NCBI GenBank assembly: GCA_004764695.1
Contig: SMSO01000032.1
Coordinates: forward strand, 930,001-994,000
DNA length: 64,000 nucleotides
Source: Schizochytrium sp. TIO01
Lineage: Eukaryota > Protista > Bigyra: Labyrinthulomycetes
Reading direction: 5' to 3'
Positions 24,923 to 37,224 of this stretch are shown here, in pieces; position 1 is the first letter of the stretch; every line of letters starts with the position of its first letter. The notes under the pieces were generated by a model, which was not told the origin of the DNA, did not search any database, and saw only the letters and a list, made by a program, of their open reading frames with translations. The translations under genes and the position numbers were made by a program.

Positions 24923-25621
24923 TTAGAGGCTTGTAGGATCAATTGCTTTCGACTTGCGGCGAAGAGCAACAGTTGCCTCAATAGCCGCTGCAGCGTCTTC
25001 CTTGTCATTGGCACGAGCATACTGCACAGCGGTCATACCATTGGCATCCATATTTTTCACACTCGCACCCTCACGCACAAGAATTTCGCAGATCTCGACT
25101 TGGCCTCGGCCAGCAGCAACCATGAGGGGGGTTAGCTTCGTACGCTTAGCAGGGATGTCGATGCGTGCTCCATGCTGGATTAGAGCATTGACAGTTTCCA
25201 CACGCCCCCATTCCGCAGCCTTGTATAAGGCAGTTTCACCGTTTTCGTCGCGACGATCCAGGTCAGAGCGGTTGGCAAGCAAGAGCTCAACAGTGTGCGT
25301 GTGGCCCCATTCTGCTGCGACGTGAAGTGCAGTCTGGCCAAATTCCCACGTTGCAACGGAGTCCACAGGTACGCCAGAAGCAAGAATGTTCTCCACCTCA
25401 TCCGAATCTCCATTCTTGGCTGCTTCGAAAAGGGCAGTGACTTCCTTACGACCCTCCTTTGGGTTCTTGTACTGTGCAGCAACCTTCTTGCGGGCTCCCG
25501 GAAGGAGTCTGCGAAAGGCGTTCCAGCTATCACCTTGCTTTGGGCCATTCACTTGGCGCTTGAGGTCCTCCAATTCTTTGCGAAGCGCATCGTTTTCGTC
25601 GACGAGATTCTTGTCAGACAT
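24923..25621 (-). CDS. Ankyrin repeat protein
   Basis: 232 aa; repeats ALFEAAKNG, GQTALHVAAEWGH, GETALYKAAEWGR, TPLMVAAGRGQ, GMTAVQYA; short N-terminal coiled coil. Confidence 0.92.
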   Translation of the reverse strand: MSDKNLVDENDALRKELEDLKRQVNGPKQGDSWNAFRRLLPGARKKVAAQYKNPKEGRKEVTALFEAAKNGDSDEVENILASGVPVDSVATWEFGQTALHVAAEWGHTHTVELLLANRSDLDRRDENGETALYKAAEWGRVETVNALIQHGARIDIPAKRTKLTPLMVAAGRGQVEICEILVREGASVKNMDANGMTAVQYARANDKEDAAAAIEATVALRRKSKAIDPTSL

Positions 25622-26876
25622 TTTCGTGCAGTTCTTACTTTGATTTCTTCAGCTCACACGTCCCTTCGCACGAGTCGAGATCTCCCTTTGCTGCGAGTCC
25701 ACACCACAAAAGTCCCCAATCAGAAATCAATCAAGCACGCCTGAAGCAACTTCCGTCAAAGAACTTCTCCACGCGAGCTCCGCTTCTGCCTTTCGTCGCG
25801 TGCTGCCCAGCTCCTGCCAAGCTACGCAAAGAGTGCGTTAGTTGCACGTCTGTCGTCGTCCTTGTTTGTTTGCTCTTGCTTTCTTTGGTCCATTACTATG
25901 TGTGTGTCTGTCTACGAGTTTGTTTTTATCTCATCATCTTAGTCTTATTCATCTCTAGGTACTACCTACCTTCCTAACAGTGTGTACGAGAATAATTTAT
26001 GTTTTTACTTTTAAAAAATAAATAAACATAATGATAGATGGAGAAAGTAGATTGAGTAGTACCGTTCTTATATGAAAGTCCTAGTAGTCATTCCCGTTTA
26101 CACAGCACGCGCCAAAGTCCATAGCACAGCAGTTTTATAGATAACAGTCTGTCTCGTGCTGCCAGTGAGAGCACTAGACTCTACCAGGAGCCCGCGTAGG
26201 CTAGATGGGTCTATTTCAATGGAGCCAATGCTAATCAGATTGAATGTACAAGCGGGCGGTTCATCCTGTCAAGGTATCGTATTTTTACTTTCTCCTTCAT
26301 CGATAAAATCCAATGCGAGCACGTGCACACTCTTGCTCACTGCCTCCCACTTCTCATTCACACAGGACTCGGAATTCACTATATTGAGTATAGCCTCGAA
26401 TTCTCCTGTGTTTTCTTTGATCATAGTCACTAACTTACATCTGGCGAAATATTTACCAGACAAAGGGACTTAGTCCAGTTCCTGATAAAAAGGTCTATAC
26501 TAAAACGTAGCCATGCGGCCGAAGTATTCAAATCGGTCTAAACGGGCCGTTTCGCGCTGCGTCCGAAAATAAAATAAGTGTCTGAAAAAGGCGGACGTAC
26601 TAAATAAAATACAAGACCCTCCGCCGTTTCCCTTTTTATGGCAGTACAAGCAGATTAGAGACTACCTAGGTTTAGTCTCTTGAGAGTTGGCATACAATGA
26701 AACAAATTTGCTGCAAGTGGAATATAAGATTTATACAGTCAGATAAAAGACCGTAGGAAAGGAGGAGCGCAACTTGGAGGACATTGAGTAACAGCAACTA
26801 AGAACGCGACCAACATCAACAAACAGTTCCAGATTAAATCCAAGATCTGGGATCGCTTTGCAAAAGCTGGCGAGCG

Positions 26877-29800
26877 ATGATGCTCTCGGAGCTAGAAAGC
26901 TCTGCTAGAGATCATGCCGCAAGTCTGAACTTCGAGCTTGCGCCTGGAGATGCTGAGGACCCCATGGCTGAAATGAGAAGCATGGGCATGACCCTTGGAA
27001 GCGGCGGTGATGAAGACATTGCTGAGGATGAAAACAAGAGGACTACGAATGTTGGCATTGAAAGCAGCACGAATAGCAGAATCGGAGGCGAGGATAGCGA
27101 TCTTGATGAGGAATGATCTGCACAGAGAGCTGATGGAGGGCGAAGATGTTTCTCAAAATGAGGTAGAATTCGGACTTGAGGGCAAAAAGCAACAAGCCCA
27201 GCACCAAGTTCGCTTTGCAACACCAACTAAAGCGAGCGAAATTGAAAGTCCTGATATTGATAAATACTTGCAATATAACCCAGACACCCCTGTTAAATCC
27301 CCAACGCAAATGACACCACCAAGTAGCAAATTAAAGGAGAGCTTACAAGCACGCAAAGCGCTGATCGAAGAAGGTCGCAGACGTATGGAGGAGTTTCGCA
27401 GAAGATCTGCCACGCCGCAGCGTAGATCAAGCAACGCGAGCTCCAGCTCCTCAGGATCAAACCCGGTATGTTCACTGGATGGCGGGACTACACCTCGCAA
27501 AGAGTATGTAGCCTATACACCCGTGGCTCGCAAGTTTAAGAACCAGTTAGAGAAACTTAAGCGTGATGAGCTTGACCTTGCATCTGCGGAGTGGAGCGCA
27601 CAGCGAACTCGAGTGTCCGAAATGCGCAGGGAGCACGATGAGGAGGTAGCAGAGCTTCAGCAAGAGATTGAGTCGGCTCATGAAGAGACAGCAAAAGTTC
27701 GTAAAGAATTACAAGCTGTGCAGAAACAATTGAAAGCCACGCAAAATGATAATCGAGACCTTACCTCGCAGCGCGAGGAGGATGGACAAACTATATCTGA
27801 TATGCGGGCTAAGGTAGCATCTCAACAAAAAGATATTCTTGCGTTGCGTGAACGTATTCAGGCGCAGGCCTCTGAAATGGAGCTTCGCGCACGCGAGACC
27901 ATCTCGCGTCTCACGAGTAATCAATCCGAGCATGAAGCAGATATTGCAGCACTCCAGGACCAACTTCAGGACCAACTCAAAAGCATCCGTGATCTTGAGA
28001 ATGAGCGCAACGGTTTGCAGGAGGTGCTCGAATTAGCACGCCAGCGTAGCACCGATGAGATGTCTGCAGCGAGACGCAAAATGGAGGATGAAAAGCAGCA
28101 GCTGCAACGACAACTTGATAAGGTTCAAAGCGCACTTGAAGCCGCGCGTCAAGCTCGTGAAACTCAAGCAGAAGCTGCTGATTTGCAATGCCAGCAACTT
28201 CAGGAGGCCTTTGAGGCTGCAGAACGTGCTGCAGAAGTTGAACGCCGGGAGTTTCAGCAACAGGAGAAAGCACTTCGTACAAAACTCGACGCTGCTCTCG
28301 CTCAAAACTCCCGTATTACCGAACATGCTCAAGCTAGCAATGAACAGAGTCGCAAAGAACTTGAAGATCGTCTTGTGAATGTCGAGGGAAATGTCGAGCT
28401 GCTTCGCTCGGAGCTAAAGAAGTCTCGTGATGCTGAACAGGCTCTACGCACCGAGGGCCAGAATCTTCAAGAAAAACTTCGTCTTGCTCTCGAAGCAAAT
28501 CGCAAGTTGCAAGAAGTTGAACGCGTAGCTTCTGAAGAGTCTTCTTCTACAATCCAATTGCAGAACCAAGAAGTTGAGCACCTTCGGGAGGAGAATAACC
28601 GTCTTGAAGATGAGCTTACTTCAGCTGCACGTGATGCAACAAAAGCACGGGAAGAGCTCGCTCGTGAGAAAACAGCCTTACAAATTGCTCGAGAAGATCT
28701 TGACAAAGCCGCGGAAGCCCATCGTGAAGTAAGCGCAGCAAAGGAATTGCTTCGCTCGGAGGTGTCAGAAAATGCGTCGCGTGTTCAGCAAATGGAAAAC
28801 CGCATTTTAGAGCTCACAAGCCTCCTTTCGAAAGCCCAGCAATCCAATCAAGACGCCTTTTCTAAAGAAATGGTGGCGCTGCAAACCGCAACAATGGAGC
28901 TTCGGAGTAAACTCAAAGCTGTTGCTGATAAGCTTGATAAGAAGCAACGACAACTCGAGGAGGAGCAAAAAGCCCGTCAAGAAGTGGAAGAGGAATTTGA
29001 GCGCGCCCAGGAACAACATTCTCAAGAGCTTCGCCAGCAAAGAGAACATTTTGAGGAAACCCTTCGAGAGCAACGAGCTATTGAAGATCGCCTCCGTGCA
29101 ATTGCAACCCAGGATGACGACGCAGACCGCCAGGCATTACAGGAGATGTCACGTGAAATCATGGACCTTCGGCGAAGGCTAGCCACTCGTCCACCGCCAG
29201 TGCAAGCGCAGATTGCGGCCGAACCTTCTTCGTTAGTAAGTCCACATCATGTTGGCGCAATGATGAATGTGCACAATGAAGGATTCTCTGGGGAGGAGTC
29301 CGCCTCGCCTGTTGTGATCGCTCTTCAAGATCGTGTAGAAGCCCTCGAAGAATCTAACAAGCTCCTCAGTCGTGCTTTTCGTGAATCGACGCTTCAGTCT
29401 AACAATTCCGATCAGGCACGCACAATTCATCAGCTGACGATGGAGATTGAAGCGAGTAAACGTGCATTTCATCAAATGCGGCAACGGTTGCTTCATGCTG
29501 GTCTTTTGCACGGACGTTCAAGCAACGGACCCATAGATTCCAGGAACCATCATCACAGCTCTAATACAATATACACTGGCCCCACACATGAACAAAGTAT
29601 GTTGACTGATCATGAGTGGTCTGCTTCTGGTACCCGCGAAGAAGATGATGATCTCAGCGGTATGCATCAGCATCAGCATCAGCAGCAACAACAACAACAT
29701 CAGAGTGCTGGTTCGTTTTCAGTACTACAGACAAGTGCGATCTCTCCAGCTTCATCATCTGTTTTGCCCAAACGGTCTGGGCCGCGTGCACCCAAAACCG

Positions 29801-30099
29801 CGAATCGCGCATTACGTCATGAAGTGGATATGCTCCAAGACGCCCTCGATAAGGAGCGCGAAGCTCGACGTGCTGCTGAGACCAAAGCCGGGTTCCTTCA
29901 GTCCGAATTTACTGACCTTTTCGTACAGTATTTCCAAGCTGAGAAAGACGCCACAAAGGTTTCACGAAAGGCTGCACGTGCTGCCGGTGCTTCCAAGTCT
30001 CGCGTTTCTAAGGAAACATCTCGCCAGAGCAGGACTCACGTGTCGAGATCTCGCTCCCGCACAACTCGGGCTGGAAACTCTGCATCGTTGCAAAGGTAG
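26877..30099 (+). CDS. Long coiled-coil protein (~1070 aa) interrupted by a +1 frame break near 27114
   Basis: ATG-initiated acidic ORF 26877-27116 overlaps a 1034-codon E/Q/R/L-rich heptad ORF (26995-30099). That ORF starts at TTG and its first ~40 codons look like an off-frame read of the upstream acidic ORF. Confidence 0.8.
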
Positions 30100-30827
30100 G
30101 GCGTTAATTCCAATCTTGGTGTCAGGTAAAGAGCAGTAGAGTCAACTGTTGTTAAAATTAAGCTCTGTAAAACCTGGATTACGAAAGACTTATACACTCT
30201 ACGTTGTAAATGCGAAGCTTCTGTTACCCATCGAGTGTTGGTGTATAGAAAATAATCGATTCATGTGTTTTAATTTTTTTTAAATTTAAAAAAACAAACT
30301 ACGCTTTGTTTTGTTCCCCAGATTTAAGTCGTTAGAGCCTACCTGTATTATTACAAAGGAAACGAACCCCACGATCCTCTTGGGAATGCAAAAAGATGTA
30401 AACCTTGGCAAATGCAATTTTAAAACAAATTTCTACATATGAATTGCTATTTTATTTATGCACTGAGCTAATTCATGCTCATATTGTATCTGATACAAGA
30501 AGACGCACAACTTAACAAGATCAGATCACACTTAACCCAGCTCCAGAAACATAACATAGGCTGTTCCATTTGTTCACTTTTCTTTCTTCATACTTCTTCA
30601 ATTCTCTCTTTTCTTTTTATATGGGTAGTAAGATGAAAAGACATAACTATATATACTCTTACTGGTTCCCATAAGAACGACCTCTTGTTGTAAATGGATA
30701 CAATCAACCGCGACGATTTAAGGAACTGGACTTTTTGGACCTTACGAACGCCTATGAGCATCAAAAGACCTCAAATATATGCGAGTAAGCATTGTTCTTT
30801 GTTTTGCTCCGGAGTTCGCCTTTCGAG

Positions 30828-31601
30828 ATGCTAGCACAGTCACCAGTGGAGGGAACAGCAGCGATGGCACAACAGCTGCCAGATGTTCGGACTGTGTTAG
30901 CAAGGTCCGTAGATGCCATCGAGGAAGGATATGCGCAAACAGTGGACGAAGTCCGATTCGGCATTGAATATACTGCAGCAGAGATTGAGCGCGGGCTTGC
31001 CAGCAACGAAAATATTCGTCAGGAGGTAGCTCAAAGATGCAAGAACTTGAAAGCTCGTATCAAGGAAGAAGAAAAGGAGGAAGAGCGTGCTCGAAAAGAA
31101 CGCGAGCGACCAAGCCCTTTGCTTCTAGACTGTTCAGATGACAACCAAAATGAGGACATGTCGTTCATCTTTCGCTTGAATCAAGATCTTTTATCTCCAG
31201 TTTCTCGCTCCATGAGCAGAATGAGTCGAACAAGCCGGAACTCTCGTGGCAGTCAGTATAGTCATTACAGCCGCCTAAGCAAGATGAGTCGTTCGAGCTC
31301 TCGATCGAGTAAAGTTAAAGGTTTAATGGCTGCAATCCCAGCTATCAAGCCGCAAGAGCATAAAAACACACCAGCTCCTGGACTCGAGCTGTACATTTTG
31401 GAACTGGAAACGAGCGCAATTGACCTGCCCGAGCCTTCTCTACGTGTTCCATTAAATGAAATGTGCAGGCAGAACGTAACCAGAGTAGCTAACAAGCATT
31501 TATGTTCTAACATGCCTGGCCTCTTTCCATACTTAGAGCCATCATTACCCAAGAACAAGCGTAAAGAAGGCAAGAAAAATATAGCAAGCAAAAAGAGGTG
31601 A
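30828..31601 (+). CDS. Hypothetical protein (short coiled coil, Ser/Arg-rich middle, basic tail)
   Basis: Open frame of ~257 codons from the first ATG at 30828 with protein-like composition; no family recognised. Confidence 0.7.
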   Translation: MLAQSPVEGTAAMAQQLPDVRTVLARSVDAIEEGYAQTVDEVRFGIEYTAAEIERGLASNENIRQEVAQRCKNLKARIKEEEKEEERARKERERPSPLLLDCSDDNQNEDMSFIFRLNQDLLSPVSRSMSRMSRTSRNSRGSQYSHYSRLSKMSRSSSRSSKVKGLMAAIPAIKPQEHKNTPAPGLELYILELETSAIDLPEPSLRVPLNEMCRQNVTRVANKHLCSNMPGLFPYLEPSLPKNKRKEGKKNIASKKR

Positions 31602-31796
31602 ACAAGATAGGAAGTGTCCCCTTTCTTATTTTTTTTCAATGGATGGTTCTGTAACATAACATGCATGGTGTCTAATGTATAGTCCTTTCCTGTCATTTAT
31701 ATTCTTTACTAGTATTCTCTCGACTTTTCTAAAGAAGTTATCAAATCACAAACACATACAGAAAGGGTGACGGCAAACGAGTTCTATATTTGGAAT

Positions 31797-33695
31797 TTAC
31801 CAACTAAAGAACTCCACCATATCTCGGGCAGCAGACTCAGCAGCAGAGTTGTCTTTCTTACGCTCTTTCTTTTGAGGTGGCGCAGAACGAAACATTACAG
31901 GCTTACCAGTCTTCTTCTTTGGAGCCTGCATAGATCTCTCAATACTCTTTCGCAAACGCTCCTCGTAAACACGTTGCTGCTGTGCCAAACGTTCTGCGCG
32001 TACTCGCTCGCGGCGCTCCTTTTCCTTCAGTTTCTCGGCCTTGATGACGTAATCCTCTGGCATTTGTTCAATCTTCGTCAACAGCTCTTCAAGACGGGCT
32101 TCGAGGTCCGTTAGCATAGATAGTGTGCTTGGAGAAGCGTCGCTGTCAAAGCCGCACTTTCGGTACACTTCCTTGACCTTGGCATGGAGTTCGCTCAGAA
32201 GCTTCTCTTGCGCATCCTCTCCAAGATTCGAGTCCATGCGCGCTTTAAGAATCGATGCTTTTGCTTCTTCAGCATTGATTTGCTGCTCGAGTTCTTGAAT
32301 GTTCGCCTTTAACGAATCAGTTTTGGCATCCATCTTAAGCCGGGTATCACGAAACTCTTGCTTAAGTTCTTCAAGTGCCGATTCTGTCTCTTGTGAGTTT
32401 TGAATGAGAAATAAGTTACTCTCCTCAAGCTGTGTGAAAATATTAAGAAGTTGTTGAGGGTCCGTAAAGTGCATCGGTAATTCCTTATCCTCTGCCTCTC
32501 TTAGTCGCAGGTCTTCTAGGTTCTCAAAGACTTCATCAAACTCTTCCTCCTCAGTCCATTCAGAATGTTTAGCCTCATATTTAGACTCTCCATCTTCTTC
32601 ATTAGATTTACCCTCCACATCGTCAGAATCCTGTATGTCGTCATTTTCATCGTCAGAAAAGTCAAAGACAGGATATTCAGGAAGTCGTAGCGGTGGTACG
32701 TTCGAAACTACATCCTTGCGAGCCCCACGCGAGCGGGAGGCATTCCGTGCCTCTTCTTTATGTTTTGCGTCTTCATAAGCAGCAACAAGTCGTTGTTTCT
32801 CCTCTTCATATTCGCGTATTTTGAGATCCTTGTAGGCCTGACGGCGCTTCTTTTTACGTCGGCGTTGCATCTTTTCATGATGTGCAAACCATTCAGTGGG
32901 TGTGAGGTCATCCAGAAACTTCTTGTATTTTAGGCAGTCCTCAAGCTGCTCCTTAAGCTTTGACATATCACTCTGAACAGCCTGGATTTGATGATTAAGC
33001 TTTTTGATTTCTTGAACCTTGTCTTGCTTAAGTTTTGTTTCTGCTTCGGCACGTTTGATGGCTTCATGTGCCTTTTTGTCATTCTCCTTCAGAAAAGTAT
33101 CAAAGCGAATAGCATCTTCTTCAAGCATGAGCTCACTCTTGCGAAGGGCTTCCTCCTTGAGTTGTGCCTTTTCTTCTAGCTTTCGGATCTCCTCACGCTT
33201 GGTGTCAAGCGACATTTGCACAAGAAACATTTCTCGCTTCTTTGCAATGAAGTCTGCCATGTTATCCTTCTCACGTCGCCGCTCGAGCGCAAGACCTCCA
33301 GTTCGGCTAACGGTTTTGCCAGCAGCTTGGAGACGACTTCCACCTGATGATACGAGTTCTTGACTACGTGGGCTAAGCTGTTGATCAAGCTCGCGCCGCG
33401 AAATACTACTACTTCCTGCACCTCGTTTAGAACTTTCCACTGTCTTTTCCCAGACGGTCATTTTTTGTAAACGCTCACGCTTTTCTTGCTTGAGCTTGCG
33501 CTCACGCTCGCGAAGGAGGAAAACCTGATCATCAGCAGGCATGCGAAATGGGTTCTCTTCATTTCGGTCATCTTCGCGGCTGCTTTTTTCCTCCCGGTGA
33601 TGGTGTTGTTGCGATGCTAGCGCAACCTTGCTACTGTCCTCGTACTTGCTTTCTCCATTGTAATTTCCTCGCGTAAGTGCTGAAGACGTCGCCAT
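31797..33695 (-). CDS. CFAP100: Cilia- and flagella-associated protein 100 (CCDC37/DUF4200 family)
   Basis: 632 aa; FIAKKREMFLVQMSLDTKREEIRKLE...LEEDAIRFDTFLKEND and PMHFTDPQQLLNIFTQLEESNLFLIQNSQETE, ending KKKTGKPVMFRSAPP...FFSW, match my recollection of CFAP100. Confidence 0.88.
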   Translation of the reverse strand: MATSSALTRGNYNGESKYEDSSKVALASQQHHHREEKSSREDDRNEENPFRMPADDQVFLLRERERKLKQEKRERLQKMTVWEKTVESSKRGAGSSSISRRELDQQLSPRSQELVSSGGSRLQAAGKTVSRTGGLALERRREKDNMADFIAKKREMFLVQMSLDTKREEIRKLEEKAQLKEEALRKSELMLEEDAIRFDTFLKENDKKAHEAIKRAEAETKLKQDKVQEIKKLNHQIQAVQSDMSKLKEQLEDCLKYKKFLDDLTPTEWFAHHEKMQRRRKKKRRQAYKDLKIREYEEEKQRLVAAYEDAKHKEEARNASRSRGARKDVVSNVPPLRLPEYPVFDFSDDENDDIQDSDDVEGKSNEEDGESKYEAKHSEWTEEEEFDEVFENLEDLRLREAEDKELPMHFTDPQQLLNIFTQLEESNLFLIQNSQETESALEELKQEFRDTRLKMDAKTDSLKANIQELEQQINAEEAKASILKARMDSNLGEDAQEKLLSELHAKVKEVYRKCGFDSDASPSTLSMLTDLEARLEELLTKIEQMPEDYVIKAEKLKEKERRERVRAERLAQQQRVYEERLRKSIERSMQAPKKKTGKPVMFRSAPPQKKERKKDNSAAESAARDMVEFFSW

Positions 33696-34565
33696 AGTAT
33701 TTCCTTAACACCACCTCGAGGACCTTGCTCTGCGCGAGCAGCGCACCAGCTGCCCTGCTGAGGCTGCTATTGATTGTTCTGCGCCTTTGGCAACTTTGCA
33801 CGGTGGAACTCTTTCAAGCTAGCTTTTTGAAGTGCTGCCTTTCCTAGGTGGATGTATGAAGCGAATGCTTTTCTCTCGCGAGAGATTATGGCGTATTTGT
33901 GTGTGCAAATCCAATCCGTACTTGACTTATGGCTATGTGCGCTTGGTTCTACAATCAACGTTACGATATATTTGTGTGAATGGGAACCTAATTTGTTTCA
34001 GGCCTATCTTATGAGTCTTGGCGAAGTATACAAATGTAATAATTATCTGGTCTAACGGATCGTTTGATTTATTTTAAAAGAAAGAAAAAGTAGAACGTTT
34101 GAAGGCAAAGGTCGTTTTAGACTATCATCAAATCCACAGATTCAAAAGAGAGAAACATGACGAGGAGTTTAGTAATTGTTCATTTACCTCTCTAGCCAGA
34201 TGGGTACACTCAGCCAGAAATATGATCAAGAAAAATAGTTGCTTCGAAGACCATCGATGATAGAGGAATAGATGATAGATGGTAAATTTTGTTGTTTTTT
34301 TAAAACAAAAGAGTAAAACGATTTGGTAGAAAGAAGTGAATATGTGACAATATAACTAAGTGGATAGGTGACATCCATAAGAAAGGGAAGACCTCATTTT
34401 GCCTTGCACATTAATAAATTGTAAAGTAATGAAATTGCAAAAAGAATATACACGACTTGAGAATGGGTGTTTGCCTTGAAGGTGGATTTTGCCCCATTTG
34501 GCAAAAAATGGGAGTCAAAAGTTGCTCAACGTAAATTCAAGGAGTCGCTAGTAGCACTATTGAGG

Positions 34566-35714
34566 CTATTCTTGTGTAGGGCTTCTATTAGCATTGCCAA
34601 TATCTTGAAGAGACAATGGAGCCGGCATGTGAATTTCAAAAAGTTTTTCTACCAACGAAAGATTTTCCAAACATTGATGCATAATCTCTGTCGGGTCGTT
34701 TCGATATTTGTCAACAAACCATGGGTGCAAGAGACGCTTAGCGAATCTATAACTTCGAGTTTGTTGCTTTCGAGTGTCAAATAAGGTCACCACTATGTCT
34801 GGCAAGGAGGGTCCCCATCTTAAACGAGCCAGAAAACGATGACTACCAACATGCAGTGCTCTTTTGATAGAGCGCGTGTTTCTGTCTTCTTCTAGGAGAG
34901 CTACATCTCGTGTACTTGCAGGTCTAACTCGGTGCAGTACAATTGTACGTAAGCGTTGTCGGGCCGATTCTCGCCACTCTGCATCATTTTGCTGCTGGAG
35001 TACTGGTGAAGAAGGCGCACTAGCAGAAGTAAGTTGAGTATTGAGCAAAGCTTTGGGACGTGGTGGAGGTGCCTTGGGTACCATGTTCATAAATTGAGCT
35101 GATGATGAAGTTGGAGATGCAGAGAGGTGTACTCGAAGTGAACGTGGACTTACAGTGGGCTTATCTTCATTGGATTCTGTTAAGTTTGCAGCTGTGCGCC
35201 CATAAGTAGGTGGCGCGGCTCCATTGGCAGGCGGAACGGGACTCCTTTTATACACCGAGAGAGTATATAAATAACGTTCCTTGACTTTGCGGTCTTCAGC
35301 CCAGTCTTTGGTTTTGTAAACGGGCTGAGTTTGGTGCAAGCGCCGCTTGAGATGAGCATTTTCACGTTCGATTGCGTCTAAGGTCATTTTGCGGACTTTG
35401 GCCCGTGCATTACGTTGTGTTTTGCTCGCACGCCGCTGCTCTGCTATGGCATCTTTGTAGTGTTGCTCGTTAAGGATCTTGGTCATACGCTCCATGATCC
35501 GAACATTTTCGCGTTGTATTTCTTTATCGCGAAGCGATCGTTCGGCATGTTGTTTTTCTCGTTTTCGTTTGATATGAGGGAGCATACGTGTCTTCGGTGG
35601 TCGCGAATCTACTGCTGCAGGGCCATCTCTGATCTTTTTCAGATTAATGCGATGGAGCCGTGCACGAGTACGAATCTCATGAGCTTCGGTGTGAGTAAGG
35701 CGCCGCAGGTCCAT
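34566..35714 (-). CDS. CFAP97 (KIAA1430/Hemingway)-domain protein
   Basis: 382 aa; H...L......VDSRPP, EIQRENVRIMERMTKI and IERENAHLKRRLHQTQPVY...W fit the CFAP97 domain pattern. Confidence 0.75.
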   Translation of the reverse strand: MDLRRLTHTEAHEIRTRARLHRINLKKIRDGPAAVDSRPPKTRMLPHIKRKREKQHAERSLRDKEIQRENVRIMERMTKILNEQHYKDAIAEQRRASKTQRNARAKVRKMTLDAIERENAHLKRRLHQTQPVYKTKDWAEDRKVKERYLYTLSVYKRSPVPPANGAAPPTYGRTAANLTESNEDKPTVSPRSLRVHLSASPTSSSAQFMNMVPKAPPPRPKALLNTQLTSASAPSSPVLQQQNDAEWRESARQRLRTIVLHRVRPASTRDVALLEEDRNTRSIKRALHVGSHRFLARLRWGPSLPDIVVTLFDTRKQQTRSYRFAKRLLHPWFVDKYRNDPTEIMHQCLENLSLVEKLFEIHMPAPLSLQDIGNANRSPTQE

Positions 35715-37224
35715 TTTCTATAGATGTGCGATTTCTTAGACTGCTCCCCAAGTCCTCCGGCTGCCAGCAAAATTGAAGAGCGGCACGGAAGGTTGCAACA
35801 GCGCAATAGAACTTCTGTATCGTCACAACTGTTTCAAATAGAGGAGATGAATAGACTGGCCGCTTCGTCAAACTGACGTCGCGGCCGGGTTTAGCGTGGT
35901 CGTCGTCGAGACCGTCCTCAGCGAGAATAGCAATATTGTAATGCCTTTCTCCGCGTATTGCAGCCTTCTTATCTTACTAAATAAAAAAGGTGGGTACAAG
36001 CAGACCTGCGATAAAGAGTATAGAGCTTCCCTTTAATACTAGAAAATTGTTTTCTACAATTCGTCAAGTCTTCCCTGAGGAAGCGCTGACGCGTGTCGTG
36101 CTGTCCTGTGCTGAAACAGACAAAACCCTAGTATGTGCGGTAAAGATGAAAGTGGTATTTTTTCTTCTTCACATCACCTGACTAATCTTTTTTGCTAATC
36201 AAGTTCATTTATGAAAAGGTTGACTTTTGTCTTGACTGGATCTTGCATCACAGGTTTGTAACAAAAGTTTTGTTTTAATGGCTATATGAAGAGAATCTAA
36301 AGCAGTGCACAACTGTATTAGCGTTCCAGCTAGATCTTTCACTCTCTCATGGATTTCCTATTCGCAGATCCGCTGCGACATTCTTAGCTTTTCCTCTGAG
36401 CTTTTCCTCTTCTTTCCGTATTCCATATTACTCTTTCTTGTACCCAGTAACCCTCAAAATCCTTGAAAAGGAGAAACAAAGTATAGTCATTTAGGTCTAC
36501 AATATTAGTAGTCCTCTATAAGAGCTTAAAAGTAGCGATCACAGATCTACGAGTATAAACAAATTTTAAAATGACTACCTCAGCAACAACTAGGGTCAGC
36601 GACTACTTTAGAGTAAGATTAGCGAAGCGAGTGCCGCGCTGACTATCAGTAGTTTGATTTGTACTCCAATACACGATGTTTCGTTTACTTGCAGCCAGGG
36701 ATTCGGCAGCTCAATAAGGCTAGGACAAAACTAGAAATAAATAAGTCAACGGATCTCTAAGTACACACCTTTCTAACGCTTTCCTTTAGAACTATGAGAG
36801 AAGATGACAAGAATAAAACTGCTGCATGCTTTGGTGATGAGTGCTGCTGTTTGGTTCGTACATTGCAAAGTTCCTACTTGTTGTTATGACAACGCTTTAG
36901 GAATTATTGATTGCTCAACCAGGGGATAAAGAGCTAGATAGTAAACATTAATTTTGAAAATAATGAACTCACCACTTTTATTGATCTTTATTTATTTAAA
37001 TCAAAGCAAGAAGGATTGGCTACTTCCATTGTGATATTAGCAAGGAAAGATAAAGGCCTACAGAGGCAGGCAAGAGATAACCTGCTGAAAGTCTTCCTAA
37101 CACTTATACATCCTTGATTCATACTAGAGTGATATCTGACAGGTTGACTCCTTTCGGGCGTGTTTTTGTATTATATTTGCATACAATCTGAACTTGAACT
37201 GGCGAGCGTGTAGCAAGCTTAACG

